A stretch of DNA of 64,000 bases. Source: Sphaerodactylus townsendi (taxonomy: Eukaryota). The notes beneath the pieces were generated by a model that was not told where the DNA came from, ran no database searches, and worked only from the letters and a program-made list of their open reading frames with translations. Position numbers and translations under genes: made by a program. Position 1 is the stretch's first letter; every line of letters begins with the position of its first letter. Shown piece after piece: positions 1 to 11,761 of the stretch. The stretch lies in assembly GCF_021028975.2 (NCBI RefSeq), contig NC_059425.1, forward strand, positions 122,388,001 to 122,452,000, in the 5' to 3' direction.

Positions 1-194
1 AAGCCCCACCCGTGCCTGGCTGTACTGGGAAGAGATGCCAGCACTGATAAATGCCACAGATAACCTCTTCACTATTTAAGATCTGAAAGTCAATTCAACG
101 CTGTTCTCCATATATTTTGCCTGGATCTTGATAAAGTTCAGTGCTTAAATTAGTAATTAGTAAATTAGTAATAATTCACATTGCTCTGATTTAC

Positions 195-333
195 CTTGAC
201 TATTTGGTGCAGGAGTGTCTGCTGCAACAGCTGTTGTCTTCTTCGGCCACAACTCAGCAAATGGAATGGATATTTTATGTGGAGGCTGAACAAAGCTTCC
301 TATGTAGCTGTAATTTGACTCAGTATCTACAGA
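195..333 (-). CDS. CEP57L1: CEP57L1 first conserved coding exon (SVDTESNYSYIGSFVQPPHKISIPFAELWPKKTTAVAADTPAPNSQ+G)
   Basis: Translation resembles the recalled human CEP57L1 N-terminus (MDSELMHSIVGSYHKPPERVFVP...HSPNSQA). Acceptor TCTTTCTGCAG| at 334/333, donor CAAG|GTAAAT at 195/194 (phase 1). Head-to-head synteny with SESN1 as in human. Confidence 0.85.
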
Positions 334-838
334 CTGCAGAAAGATACATAATGTCACTTACTGAATTAGTTAAGCATTAAGTCAGCCATATTCCCTCTGA
401 TACTTGACAAACACAAAATGAGTTTCAAATCCAGAATCAAGAAAGAATATTGGCTCACAGATGAACTGGGTTACTGAGGTCTGAACTTCCACAGGCAAGT
501 TCCCTGAAGAGGCCATTGTGTCTAAGGCACAACAACACATTTCTTTATTTATGTTATGCTTCCTGCAACACATATATCTTTTAAAAAACCACTATGGCAG
601 CTTGTAGTGGACAAAAATGGGAGAAAGAACCATTTCCCACCCAAGGCAAAGATGTCACCTGAGCATGGTAAGTAATTCTGAAGGGCTGAAAGAAAATATA
701 CAGTGAAAAGAAAATATACACAAAGAAAAACATATCAAAATTTACAAATAATTACCAATACAAGGTACCATTATTACTTAGCTGATTACAAACCTGTGAA
801 ATCTCTCATTGCCCCAGCAAAGTTATCTTTATTACTCA

Positions 839-978
839 GGCTGATTCCGCATGGGCCAAAAACAGCAATGTGAAAACGGTATGAAAATAGTATAACCCCT
901 TTTACACTGTTTTAAACCCTTTTACACCATTTTCACACCGTTTTCACACTGCTGTTTTTGGCCCATGCAGAATCAGCC
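839..978. mobile_element. Palindromic MITE, PIF/Harbinger-like
   Basis: TIRs GGCTGATTCCGCATGGGCCAAAAACAGC...GCTGTTTTTGGCCCATGCAGAATCAGCC; 3-bp flanks TCA/ACA. Confidence 0.75.
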
Positions 979-1468
979 ACAGTTTCTATGCCCCATTTAC
1001 ATGGTTCTCTCAAAGGCACACACTTGTTGTAGTGTTACAGAGTTTTCTTAGAATTGAATACTGAGGGGTTTTTTTGTAGATAATAAAAGAAAGGGATGTT
1101 TCTTCTCAATACCAATGGAAGTAGCACAAGGCTTTACAAGTATCAAGAAGGAGGAGAATAACTAATGCAAGGTCAGCCAACAAGATTTATGACTGAGAGG
1201 AATTTGAATCTAGGTCACCCAGTTCAAGTCTGATTCTCTAACTACTACTCTAAAAAACTACTCTAAAAAGGCATCTACTGGTAATATAACTCTATTATTG
1301 AAGCAAAGAAAGTACCTGATAGTTTTTACATGGGAATCCAACATGTTCTTCCATGTGCCTACATGTATTCCCAATGTGTTATTTTTAATCACACTGAACT
1401 GACTGAATGTGTCTGATGCATCCCAGCCTATTGTGTATAACTAACATGGGAGTCTGTTGTTTACTTAC

Positions 1469-1519
1469 CACAGTTGATTTCACAATTAAGATAAAGCTTT
1501 CTGGCATCATTGTAGAACA
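1469..1519 (-). CDS. CEP57L1: Candidate 51-nt CEP57L1 upstream exon carrying ATG (MMPESFILIVKSTV; ATG at 1510-1508)
   Basis: Acceptor TTTCTGTGTTCAG|, then TGTTCTACA ATG ATG CCA...ACT GTG and a consensus donor |GTAAGT. Phase 0, in frame with the exon at 333-195. Prediction only. Confidence 0.5.
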
Positions 1520-1654
1520 CTGAACACAGAAACTACATACACTCTCGACTTCTTGTTTCAGTGATCTGAGATTTTTGTCTTCATGAACAACATTATTCCC
1601 ACTACTCTTAAACTGTGAGAATTATATGTGGTGGGTTTTTTTCATGTTACCACT

Positions 1655-1657
<3 letters not shown>

Positions 1658-1691
<34 letters not shown>
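1658..1691. repeat. (CT)n microsatellite
   Basis: Seen directly. Confidence 0.95.
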
Positions 1692-1692
<1 letters not shown>

Positions 1693-1774
1693 AATGAGTT
1701 CTTCTCTACCCAACACAAAATATAAAACATCACCTCTTTAGGCTCAGATAATTTGCACTTGATAGAGGAAAATG

Positions 1775-1970
1775 CCATCAAGTCCTAGAAGAGTTATGCT
1801 GACCCTGTAGAATTTTCAAGGAAAGAGACATTCGCATCTGGTTTGCCATAGCCTGCCTCTGTGTAGCCTGTGTATCCTGGGTTTCCATGGTCACCTCCTA
1901 TCCAAACACTAGCCAGGACTAACTCTGCTTAGCTTCTGAGATTTGACGAGCTCAAGCTAGCCTGGGCTAT
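1775..1970 (-). mobile_element. 5S rRNA-headed Sauria-type SINE, degraded
   Basis: Reverse complement of the element at 39445-39655 (5S-like GATCTCAGAAGCTAAGCAG...GGATAGGAG plus GGCAAACC...CCTTGAAAA tail). Boundaries approximate. Confidence 0.7.
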
Positions 1971-2089
1971 ATGCACACTTATGTGGGAGTAAGTCCCACA
2001 GAAAGCAGATTCACACAGGCTTCAGTTGCCCATCTTCTAGCAATGATTATAAAGCCTATGTATGAAAAACAGCATGGCATCTGGTAACT

Positions 2090-2260
2090 TGTGTAGCCCA
2101 ACCCCGTCAGACCTTGGAAGCTAAGCATGATCAGTACGTAGAAGGGAGACCATCAAGGAAGACTCCGTAAATGAAGGCCATAGCAAACCATCTCTATTTC
2201 TCACTTGCCTTTAAAGTCCCTTGCTTGGGTCACCATAAGTTGGCTGTGACTTGACAACAC
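2090..2260 (+). mobile_element. 5S rRNA-headed Sauria-type SINE, degraded
   Basis: GACCTTGGAAGCTAAGCA...GGGAGACC head and GGGTCACCATAAG...GTGACTTGACAACAC tail. Boundaries approximate. Confidence 0.7.
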
Positions 2261-2299
2261 TTTTTAACTGCCATCCGATTCTTCTGAGAAATTTCTGAG

Positions 2300-2444
2300 G
2301 CAGTGGTACATAATCTCTGAGAGGCAGCAGAAGGCAGCTGAACAAAGAGCAAAAGGTGAACTCTGTTTTTTTTGGGGGGGGGGTTAGCCATCTTTAACTG
2401 TTACGTTTTTGAAATGTGTGTGTATTTTTTGAGTCTTGGGAAGG

Positions 2445-2486
<42 letters not shown>

Positions 2487-4357
2487 TTTCTGGGGGGGTG
2501 TTGGTGGGGGGAGGCATGTGCTTGCTTCAGGCTTCTGAGAGATGAGGCTTCTGGTGAGTCATCAGCTCTATGTAACTGCCATCCAGCTTGTTTGAGGAAT
2601 TTGAGAGACAGCAGCAAGCACCTAATGGCATGTGCAGTTTTTATTAGTAAAAACCAATCTTTTGGGAGGGAGTAGAAGGTGAGTTAGAAACTTGACTGGG
2701 AGCAGAGGCTTCAGCCACTAGGTCTCAGTCTCTGGAGCCCAGTGAACAGGGGCGTGGCTAAACAGGCAAGGCTAACACTCAGTTTTTGAGGGAGAGTTTA
2801 GTAGGGGACGTTTTGAAAGGGAGGCCCAGAGATCTGTTTCTGTACCATTTAAGACTACGAAATATGGATAGTCAGGGAGTTGCTGCTGTCACCTGCAACA
2901 GTTGTGGTATGTTTGTTTTTTGCCAGAGGATAAGGGGACCTATACCTGCAACAAGTGCAACTTGGTTGCTCTCTTGGAAAAGCTTGAGGTGCAATTATCT
3001 GCTCTTCAGCCGATTAAGAAGAATGAGATTTCCCTGACAGAGTGGAGCAGACAGAACTGGGTGGGGAACACACCAGGGATCTCTCTGAGGATAACAGCAG
3101 CTCTCAAACGCAGGCAGTTGGAGGAATGTGACATATAGTTGTAGAAGGACTGGGGAGCATTCTGTAAGTATGAAGCTACAGAATGGATTTGAAGTTGTCT
3201 GTTAAGATAATGAACAGGCACAGGAGCAGCAGAGCCAGTCCTTGGAGAATGTGCAAGTGACAGAAGGTTCAACCCATGGAATGGCCCCTGAAAAACCCCC
3301 AGAGGAGATATGTGGTGGTGGAGGTAGGCGGGGATTCCCTGCTGAGGAAAAGAGAAGCAGTGATTTGCAAGCCTGACAAGATGTCTCGAGAGGTAGGTAA
3401 AAATCCATGATGTCACAGAAAAGCTGACAAGATTTGTAAAGCCCACTAACCATTATCCCCTCCTTTTGATCCACATGGGAACAAATGACTCTGCTAAACA
3501 TAGCTTTCGGGACATCACAAGGGATTTTGAGGCTCTGGAAAGGAAGCTAAAGGATCTGGATGCACAAGTTGTCATTTCATCTCAGCTCCTGGTTGAAGGA
3601 CATGGCCCAGGGAGGGAAAGAAGAATAGTGGACGTTAACAACTGGCTTTGCAGGTGGTGCTGCCAGGAACATTTTGGCTTCTTGGACCATGGTCTGTGGT
3701 TCCATGAAGATGGACTACTGGCAGGGGATGGGTTTCACCTCATGGCTGTAGGTAGGAACATTTTCGCTAGGAGGTTCACAAACCTGATCAGTAAGGCTTT
3801 AAACTGAGTTATGAAGGAGAGGGAGACAGCATTCAAGAAGGCAGGAGTTCATCAAGAGCTAGGGATAATAGTTCAAAAGTTATAGAGCGAACTGAGCAAA
3901 TAGTTCAAGAACCCAACAGTGGAAGAAAATACCTTAAATAAACAGGGAGGGGGAATGAACCATGGCCTTAGATGCCTCTACACTAATACACAGAGCATGG
4001 GAAATAAAAAAGATGAGCTTGAACTCTTAACACAGCAAAGCAAATATGATTTAATAGGCTTCACTGAAACCTGGTGGAATGAGTCTCATGACTGGAATGT
4101 AATAATTGAGAGATATAATCTATTTAGGAAAAATAGACCAACTAGGAAAGGAGGAGGAGGAGTGTTATACATCAGGGAAGATTACACCTGTTAGCAGATG
4201 CATGACTTAAATTCTGGAAGCCATGTTGAGAGAACCTGGGTATTTTTAAACAGAGCCTGGATGGCTATCTGTCAGAAGTACTTTGATTGTCTATTCCTGC
4301 ACAGCGAGAGGTTGGACTTGATAGCCCTTGTGGTCTCTTTCAACTCTACGATTCTAC
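2300..4357 (+). mobile_element. CR1 LINE with degraded ORF1 and ORF2 endonuclease start, internally deleted and joined to the 3' tail
   Basis: ORF1 zinc finger (CNSCGM..YTCNKC) and SGNH esterase motifs (HMGTND, DGFHL); ORF2 start LRCLYTN..SMGNK..ETWW; CR1-type terminus CAACTCTACGATTCTAC. 5' boundary approximate; includes (TG)n at 2448-2483. Confidence 0.85.
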
Positions 4358-6939
4358 AGAAAAAGCCACAACTATATTACATTTACATTTTTCTCAATAT
4401 ATTTTTCACTATATTACATGTTTACTCCTTTGGAATTGAGAATTAACTAAAGAGCTGCTAAAGAAACATGACAGATTACTCACCTCCATTACAGAAAATC
4501 CAGTGAGCCACCACTTGCAAAGAAAAAGGAAGCAAGTCACATTTAACTCCACGTATTGTTTTCTAATTTTAGAAAGAAAAAAATATGCAAATGGAATAAG
4601 GCAGAGGGGGCATTCAGTCTGGCAGTTTCCCCACCGAAGCTGAAACAGAAAAAAACACTATGATATAATGCAGTCTATTGTTAAATTTGTTATATGTTGT
4701 GATGCAATACTGCCCAAGATCCATTTCAGGATATTTTGTGCATGTCTACACGTAGTTTAAAGAAAAGAAAACTTTTGCCCAGTTTGTTGTAAAAGAAAAC
4801 TTATTCTGTGTCTCATAATGGCTCCTGTCCTCTATCCCTTCATTATTTTTTTTCTTTCAAAGGATTCAGTTCAGTTCAATACCATTATTGGCATAAAATA
4901 AACAAATAAAAACATACAATCTTAGTGTTAAACTTCTGTTACAATAAATTAGGATCATTAAAAATATATGCATATAGCCACATGGCCAGTTCATTGTTGA
5001 CCAACTGACTGAAAGTCCTTAAGAGGTCTTGTCTTGAGGACTAAAGTGAGATAGGAGGCAACAGTAGATGTTATTTCTGTGTTCCTCTCTTCCAACAGTG
5101 AACACGTTAGTTGGGAATTAGGGTAGTTTTGAAATATTGCGAGCAAGGGGTTGGAGACTCTTGTTTCACAGATGGATGAATAATTGACAATCAAAGAGGA
5201 TGTGTGAAAGTGAGTCAGGACTATCACTTTCACAAGTGCAGACTTTTTTGGGAAGGGGGCTTTGACAGAATTCACCACCCATATAACCTAGTCATCACCA
5301 TACACCAGCAACCTATTTTGCACATTTTACTTTTTTGGTAGAAGTTACTCTTGGATGCTTCACAATATCTGAGTGCCACCAACAAACTGCCTTCTTAAAT
5401 GCTAACCATTGTGAATAACATTTAGGTGCCAAAATAATTAATTATTTAGAGTATGCATAGGGATAAAGGTCCACCTGGAAAGACAGAGAAGGCCACACAC
5501 AAAATTAAATGCAACAAGGAGAATGATCAGAGCTTATCTGGGGCAGCAGTGCACAGCTTCTCAGACTTGTGTGGCTATTGCACAAGCAGTCCTTTTATTT
5601 ATTTATGTTGGCAAAGAAATTGAAAAGATGCTGCTGGGCTCTTCCAGCCCTCTGCAGCTCAATATTAACGAAAGTGTTGGTATGAAAGGGATACCATGTG
5701 TTTTGTGACTAAAACTGGGCGAAAGAATGCCACAATTTATCACTGCCAATCCAAAAACTAGGCCAAAAATGAAAGTCTGCTTAAAGAGAACAGATCAAGC
5801 TACTCTCTTCCTCTGCCCAGGGAAAGAAGGGAAATACTTTTAATCATGCTTTAGAAACTCATTTTGCAGAGCAGTAAAATTCAAAAAAAATTGATGGGTA
5901 AAAGCTGGAACAAGCAAGTAGGAAAACAGCATCACTGGATGGATGCAAAGTGCTTTTCCTGCTACCCTGGCTAACAACTACCAAATATTCCCCTACTATT
6001 AGGGTACTGGACAACAACAGCCTTTCAGCCATAGCTGTTACGTTCAGGAAAACACAGGCATCCGTTACTGTATTCTTCCAGTTTAGGAGTCCAGGCTCTT
6101 TACCTTGGTACCAAACACAAATCCAGTCAGTCACACATCAGGGAGTGAGAAGTAAAAATCAACTTTATTTTAGACAGCAGTCAAAATAGACTTCTAACTA
6201 ATGGTAGAAGCAATATTACAATAAAAATTTGAAGGTTTCATAGAAACACATATGCCAATCACTCTTACATCATTTGTAACATTTTACAATGAAAAGACAG
6301 GTGAAGCCTCTTACAGACAACTTCACACAATCTATGATCAGAATATGGGAGGGGAAAGGGACTTACAGGTGGAGAAATTACTATGCTAATGAGACTCACT
6401 TTCTCACTTAGTTGACACTGTTACCTTGCTTTACGAGGTCACACAACAATGGCCCAAACTATAATTCATGCCCTTATCTCTTTAGATGGAGGAAAAAAAG
6501 ACTGACTCGAACTGTCTGTCAAAAAACTGTCAACTGTGCCTCCTGTTACGTGGAACACCCTTGAACCCAGGGAAGGAATTCAGCTCCCTACTGTGCTGCT
6601 GTTCCACCAGGGAAATAATTCACACTTCAGCACATTCTGTTGAACAAGTTATGAGCACCAACTCCTGTCCTGGACAGATAGCCAAAGAATAGGACTGAGG
6701 GCCCCTAGCTTTAGATAAACACCAAAAGGGAATGATCTTTTCAGCAAACAGATAATTTAAACACCTTAATGTGTGTTAAGTCCTTACCAATTAAAAATAA
6801 CTATGCCTTGGCTAAAACTATTAATAAAATAACTAGGAAAGCATTTCCATATCTTAGCCATTATTACAACAGTACAGATCAGGTACTGCACCATTAGCAC
6901 TGAAAATGAAAGAAGAGCACTTGTGGGGGCAGAAAACCT

Positions 6940-7850
6940 GCCTCGTGTCCGTGTCCCTTTCTCGAACAGTTAAGAAGAAAAGCAATGCCCGCCTGGAGCA
7001 TCCTCTCCAAAATAATATAATTGAGCCAGCATCAGCAACAGCAGCTTCTTGCCACACCTCCCCCCCCCCCCCCACGCCCAAGGGATCAGTGGCAGCTGTC
7101 GCGAGACTCGTCCGAAGGGGCGCCGGGGAAGAGAAAGGCGGGGGGGGGGGCAAACATGTGGCCTCCTGGCCAGGTGAGGGCGGAACCCACCCCAAAGCCC
7201 GTTCGCAGCAGAGGACCAAAAGAGAAAGGTCAGGGGGCGCCCAAGAAGCAGGAAGGAAACACCCCCGAAACGGCCTTTAAACCACCAGCAGCCTTGACAA
7301 TCTGCAGCCCATTCCCCTCTTTGCCAAAACTTGAGACTTTCTGGGGGACCCCAGAGGAAGACGAGCTCAGTTAACATCAGGGGATTTAAAGGAGACGCAA
7401 GAGCTGCGGTGGGGAGACACAAGGCCGGCTTTAAGCTCTTCGTTTTGACCTCGAGCGTGAAACTGGCACGGCGGCAACTCTCCGTTCACCCGACAAGGAG
7501 TCGTCAAAGGAAAGGCCCCTTCCCGGTTCCCACCTCCTGTCCCCCCACGACCGCGTCCACTTCCCACCCCCTCCTGACCTGCTGGATGCCCGATCCAGAA
7601 GCGACAATTTTAAACAGGCCGCCTCCCCGCCTGCTCTCGGCGCCTCTCCGTCCCGCCTCTCCCCGACTTCATTGGCCGCGCCCTGCAAAGAGAGGCGGGT
7701 GCCACTTGCGGCTGTTCGTTTCTGGTTGTTGCGCTCCGGAGCTCAATTTGATCCGATTCGTTTCTCCATACTAGAAACGTGTGGACGGATTAATAAGCCG
7801 GCAGGAGGCTCCGAAATCAGACTAAAGCGCCTTCCCCTTGCAGTACAGTA
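6940..7850 (-). promoter_or_regulatory. CEP57L1: CpG island; probable alternative CEP57L1 promoter with CCAAT box (7671-7675), CDE (7619-7623) and CHR (7609-7614)
   Basis: High GC and CpG density. Minus strand reads GGCCAATG...GGCGG-CCTG-TTTAAA, followed by a candidate donor CAG|GTCAGG at 7579/7578. Confidence 0.65.
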
Positions 7851-8109
7851 CATTGGAGTAATAACCTATAATAGTTCTCGCTCCCACCTCAAGGACTCTC
7901 GTGCTTTTAACAACTGCATGATATGTAGCAATTGAACATACAACTGTTTCCGGTTTTCCAGCTAGGAAACACCCATTTGTTGAATGTCTACCTGATGGGC
8001 AGCAAAATTTCTAGCAGGAAAAAAGTGGCTACCCTTCAGTTAACCACAATATAACGCCTGATCTGCGTCTGTTAGTTAACCATTTTTTGTTTTTTTGTAA
8101 TTGGTTCTG

Positions 8110-8262
8110 GTAGGTGCTCAGGAGCAGCAGCAGCAGCAGCAGGCCATTGCTTTCACATCCTGCACGTGAACTTCCAAAGGCACCTGGTGGGCCACTGAGA
8201 GTAGCAGAGTGCTGGACTAGATGGACTCTGGTCTGATCCAGCAGGCTAGTTCTTATGTTCTT
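8110..8262 (+). mobile_element. CR1-type 3' end fragment
   Basis: GCTGGACTAGATGGACTCTGGTCTGATCCAGCAGGC..TTCTTATGTTCTT tail, typical of reptile CR1 3' ends. Confidence 0.65.
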
Positions 8263-8883
8263 GGTAAACGAGGATCTAAACGGATCCTCCTGAATTCATA
8301 TGATTTTTGAATTGTAATGAAACGAAACAACCATGAAACTATAAAATATGTCCTACTCTACAGGCAGCACCAAAACAATCACGCATCACATGCTCTCTAG
8401 TGCACCAGTGGCGCAAAAACCTGTTTGAAAAATAGGGATGTTCAAGCATACTCATGATTTTTGCGCTACCTCATCCCAAAACCACCATCACATCACAGCT
8501 CAAGCCCTCAGCCACAATCATGCATCACAACAACAATCAGAAATCATGAGGCTCCTTGAGGATCCCTGTTTTTCAAACAGGTTTTTGCACCACTGGTGCA
8601 CCACGGAGGATGTGATGTGTGATTGTTGTGGTCAGACATGTGGCTAAGGGCTTGAGCTGTGATGTGATGGTGGTTTTGGGATGACTTAGTGCAGAAATCC
8701 TGAGGATCCCTGTTTTTCAAACAGGTTTTTGTGCCACTGGTGCGCCAAGGAGAATGTGATGCATGATTGTTTTAATTCTGCCTGTAGACTAGGACATGCT
8801 TTATAGTTTCATGGTTGTTTCATTTCATTACAATTCAAAAATCATATGAATTCAGGAGGATCTGTTTAGATCTTCATTTTACC
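8263..8883. mobile_element. 621-bp foldback (long inverted-repeat) non-autonomous DNA element
   Basis: Ends GGTAAACGAGGATCTAAACGGATCCTCCTGAATTCATATGATTTTTGAATTGTAATG... and its reverse complement; internal inverted and duplicated modules; flanks CTT/CTT. Confidence 0.8.
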
Positions 8884-9214
8884 CTTTTCCGTTCTGGGGA
8901 GCATGTGTGACTTGAGAGACATTGAGACTAACAAGGAAGGAGTATAACATGCCTGTGTTATTTATTCTAGAAAAATAACATTTCCAGATGTTCATTGCCA
9001 GATGTTCTGATCAGTTTCTCTCAATCACTGATTAAATTATAATCAGTGCATGCAAAATGAAACATGACTGGCACTTTTTATGGACAGCACCCTGTGACTT
9101 TCAGTGGCTGCCATCAGTTCAGAGATCAACAAATTACATTTTCTTAGCATGGTGATGAGTGATGGGAGAAATCTCCCTCATACTCATACTACTTTTATAG
9201 ACTCCTGTTTACAG

Positions 9215-9395
9215 AAAAATCCTAACCTGGATATCTTGGAAGCTAAGCAGAGTTGGCCTTGGTTAGTACTTGGATAGAAGACTGCTAATTGGTTGCTATA
9301 CAGAGGCAAGCAACGACAAACCATATCTGAACATCTCTTGCCTTGAAAACCTTACTGGTTTGCCATAAGTCAACTGTGACTTGATGGCACTTTAC
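9215..9395 (+). mobile_element. 5S rRNA-headed Sauria-type SINE
   Basis: ATCTTGGAAGCTAAGCAGAGTTGGCCTTGGTTAGTACTTGGATAGAAGAC (5S-like) plus Sauria-like tail. Confidence 0.75.
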
Positions 9396-9927
9396 GTGCA
9401 CAGACGTACCGAAATGGCAGCAAGCCTTAAAAGGTACACATTAAATGATAACTAATGAGACTGAAATGATACTTAATAATTTTAATTTTTTAGAGTCATT
9501 AATTTTCATTACCATAAGGGTTAGGGTTAGTACATAAGGTTGGAGGTACATTTATATTTTCATATTTTCTACTTGTAGATGCCTAGTACTCATGATAACT
9601 GTAACAGTTGGTGAGTAGGCTTCCACAATGTAGATACCATTTATGCATTAAAAGCCTAGTAATTGACAGCATGTATTAATGCCTGAGTATGGGATACAGA
9701 AAGGTGGCAAAATAGTGTTACCCATTTCTACTTATGGGACCAGTCAGGACTCTTGGAGAGGTATTTTAGTATGTTGCAGCAAAAAAAAAAATCTTCTGGA
9801 ACCTTAAACAATAACAGGGTTACTATGGCAAAATCTTTTGTGGACCAGAGCTCTATCAGATACATGAAGTGCATCTAGAGTTGTCAGCACTGGGCTGGGA
9901 AATTCTGGGAGGTTTGGGGGTGGAGCC

Positions 9928-11588
9928 CAGAGACGTAGGTATAGATTTTTTATGGGGGGGTTCAGGGGTGGGGCCACACCCCCACCCGCCCCTAGGGCAT
10001 GGCCACGCCTCTCCAAGCCCCGCCCCTGGCCTAGCGCTTATAAAAGCAGCTCTCCAAGGTCTCCAAGACTCCCCTGCCCTGCCCTGCCCAGCTCTCCAAG
10101 GTCTCCAGCTCTCCAAGACTGCCCTGCCCTGCCCCTCCCCTCTGGGCAGAGGCATAGAGGGAAAATGGAGCCTGGTGCAAAATCTGTTTTGCCCCCCCCC
10201 CCCCCCCCCCCCCGGGCAGCTACTGTGATGCTGGAATCCACCCCCAAGCACCATCACTTTCAATGGTGTTTAAACTAGAGAGCCCAAATTCTCCTTTTAA
10301 ATCCACCTTAAAGGGAGAATCTGGGGTCCCTAGTTAAACAACATTGAAAGTGATGCTGTTTTGGGGTGGATTATCCCCCACCCTGAAACAGCATCACTTT
10401 CAATGTGGCGTAGTGGGTAAGAGCAGGTGCATTCTAAAATCTGGAGGAACCGGGTTTGATTCCCTGCTCTGCCGCTTGAGCTGTGGAGACTTATCTGGGG
10501 AATTCAGATTAGCCTGTGCACTCCCACACATGCCAGCTGGGTGACCTTGGGCTAGTCACAGCTTTTTGGAGCTCTCTCAGCCCCATCCACCTCACAGGGT
10601 GTTTGTTGTGAGGGGGGAAGGGCAAGGAGATTGTAAGCCCCTTTGAGTCTCCTGCAGGAGAGAAAGGGGGCATATAAATCCAAACTCTTCTTCTTCTTCT
10701 AAACTGAGGATCTCAGATTCTCCCTTTAAATCCATGCCGAAGGGGGTGGATTTAAAAGGAGAATCTGGGGAAATTTGGGGGGGTGCCTGCTGTCAGGGGT
10801 GCAATTGTTAAACTAGAAGCACCAAACTTTCAGGGTATCTTTAGGAGTCTCTCCTAATGATACCACCCAGGTTTGGTGAAGTTTGGTTCAGGGGGTCTAA
10901 AGTTATGGACCCTCAAAGGTGTAGCCCCCATCTCCTATTAGCTCCCATTGGAAACAATGGGGATGGGAGACCATAGCTTTGGACTCCCTGGACCAAACTT
11001 CACAAAACCTGGGTGGTATCAATAAGAGACTCTCCTAATAGTACATCCCAGGTTTGGTGAAGTTTGGTTCAGGATGTCCAAAGTTATGTACCCTCAAAGA
11101 TGTAGCCTTCATCTTCTATTTGCTCCCATTGAAAACAATAAAGGATGGGGCACTCCCTTTGGGAGTCCATAGCTTTGGACCCCCTGGACCAAACTTCACA
11201 AAACCTGGGTGGTATCAATAAGAGACTCTCCTGATAATATATCCCAGGTTTGGTGAAGTTTGGTTCAGGGGGTATAAGGTTATGGACCCTCCAAGTGTAG
11301 CCCCCATCTTCTATTAGCTCCCATTGGAAACAATGGAGGATGGGGCACCCCCTTTGGGAGTCCATAACTTTGGACCCCCTGGACCAAACCTCACCAAACC
11401 TGGCAGGTATCATCAGGAGAGTCCCCCAAACAATCCCTAAAGGCTGTTAGCCCAAACAATGCGCCCCTGCAGGCCAAAAACCGAAAAAAGCACTAAAATG
11501 TTTTAAAAACCCACAAACGGAGGGGCGGAGCTTCGGACATGAATGGGGGGGTTCAAACCGGAGAACCCCCGCCTTACCTACGTGCATG
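9928..11588. mobile_element. Non-autonomous hAT-like element (~1.66 kb) with internal inverted and tandem subrepeats, inserted in an older repeat
   Basis: 8-bp TSD GTGGAGCC (9920-9927, 11589-11596); imperfect TIR CAGAGACGTAGG / CCTACGTGCATG; internal GGTTTGGTGAAGTTTGGTTCAGG / CTGGACCAAACTTCACAAAACC units at 10.87-11.42 kb. Confidence 0.85.
10405..10699 (+). mobile_element. tRNA-derived SINE (Squam3-like) with (CTT)n tail, nested in the hAT element
   Basis: A-box TGGCGTAGTGG, B-box-like GGTTTGATTCC; near-copies at 38740-39071 and 63637-63910. Confidence 0.8.
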
Positions 11589-11761
11589 GTGGAGCCAGAG
11601 GAGGATGGAATTTGGGGAGACACCTCAGTAGAGTATAATGCCATATAGTTGACCCTTCAAAGCAATCATTTTCTCCATGGTAACTGATCTCTATTGTCTG
11701 GAGATCAGTTGTAATTCTGGGAGATTTCTAAACTCTACCATGTGGCTGGCAACCCTTAGTG

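Noticed and set aside
382-573. Minus-strand 63-aa ORF next to the CEP57L1 exon
   Set aside because: No recognisable homology and it ends in a stop before the exon; treated as intron.
6037-6281. TGTTAC...GTAACA segment resembling a solo LTR
   Set aside because: No matching TSD or second LTR seen; cannot be supported without a database search.
6854-7935. Many overlapping ORFs in the CpG island (also at 18.2-19.0 and 53.2-53.8 kb)
   Set aside because: Expected by chance in GC-rich, stop-poor DNA; no protein motifs apart from the called SESN1 exons.
10870-11420. Regularly spaced repeats superficially like a CRISPR array
   Set aside because: Eukaryotic DNA; the intervening segments are themselves repeated and inverted, and all lie within a TSD-bounded hAT element.
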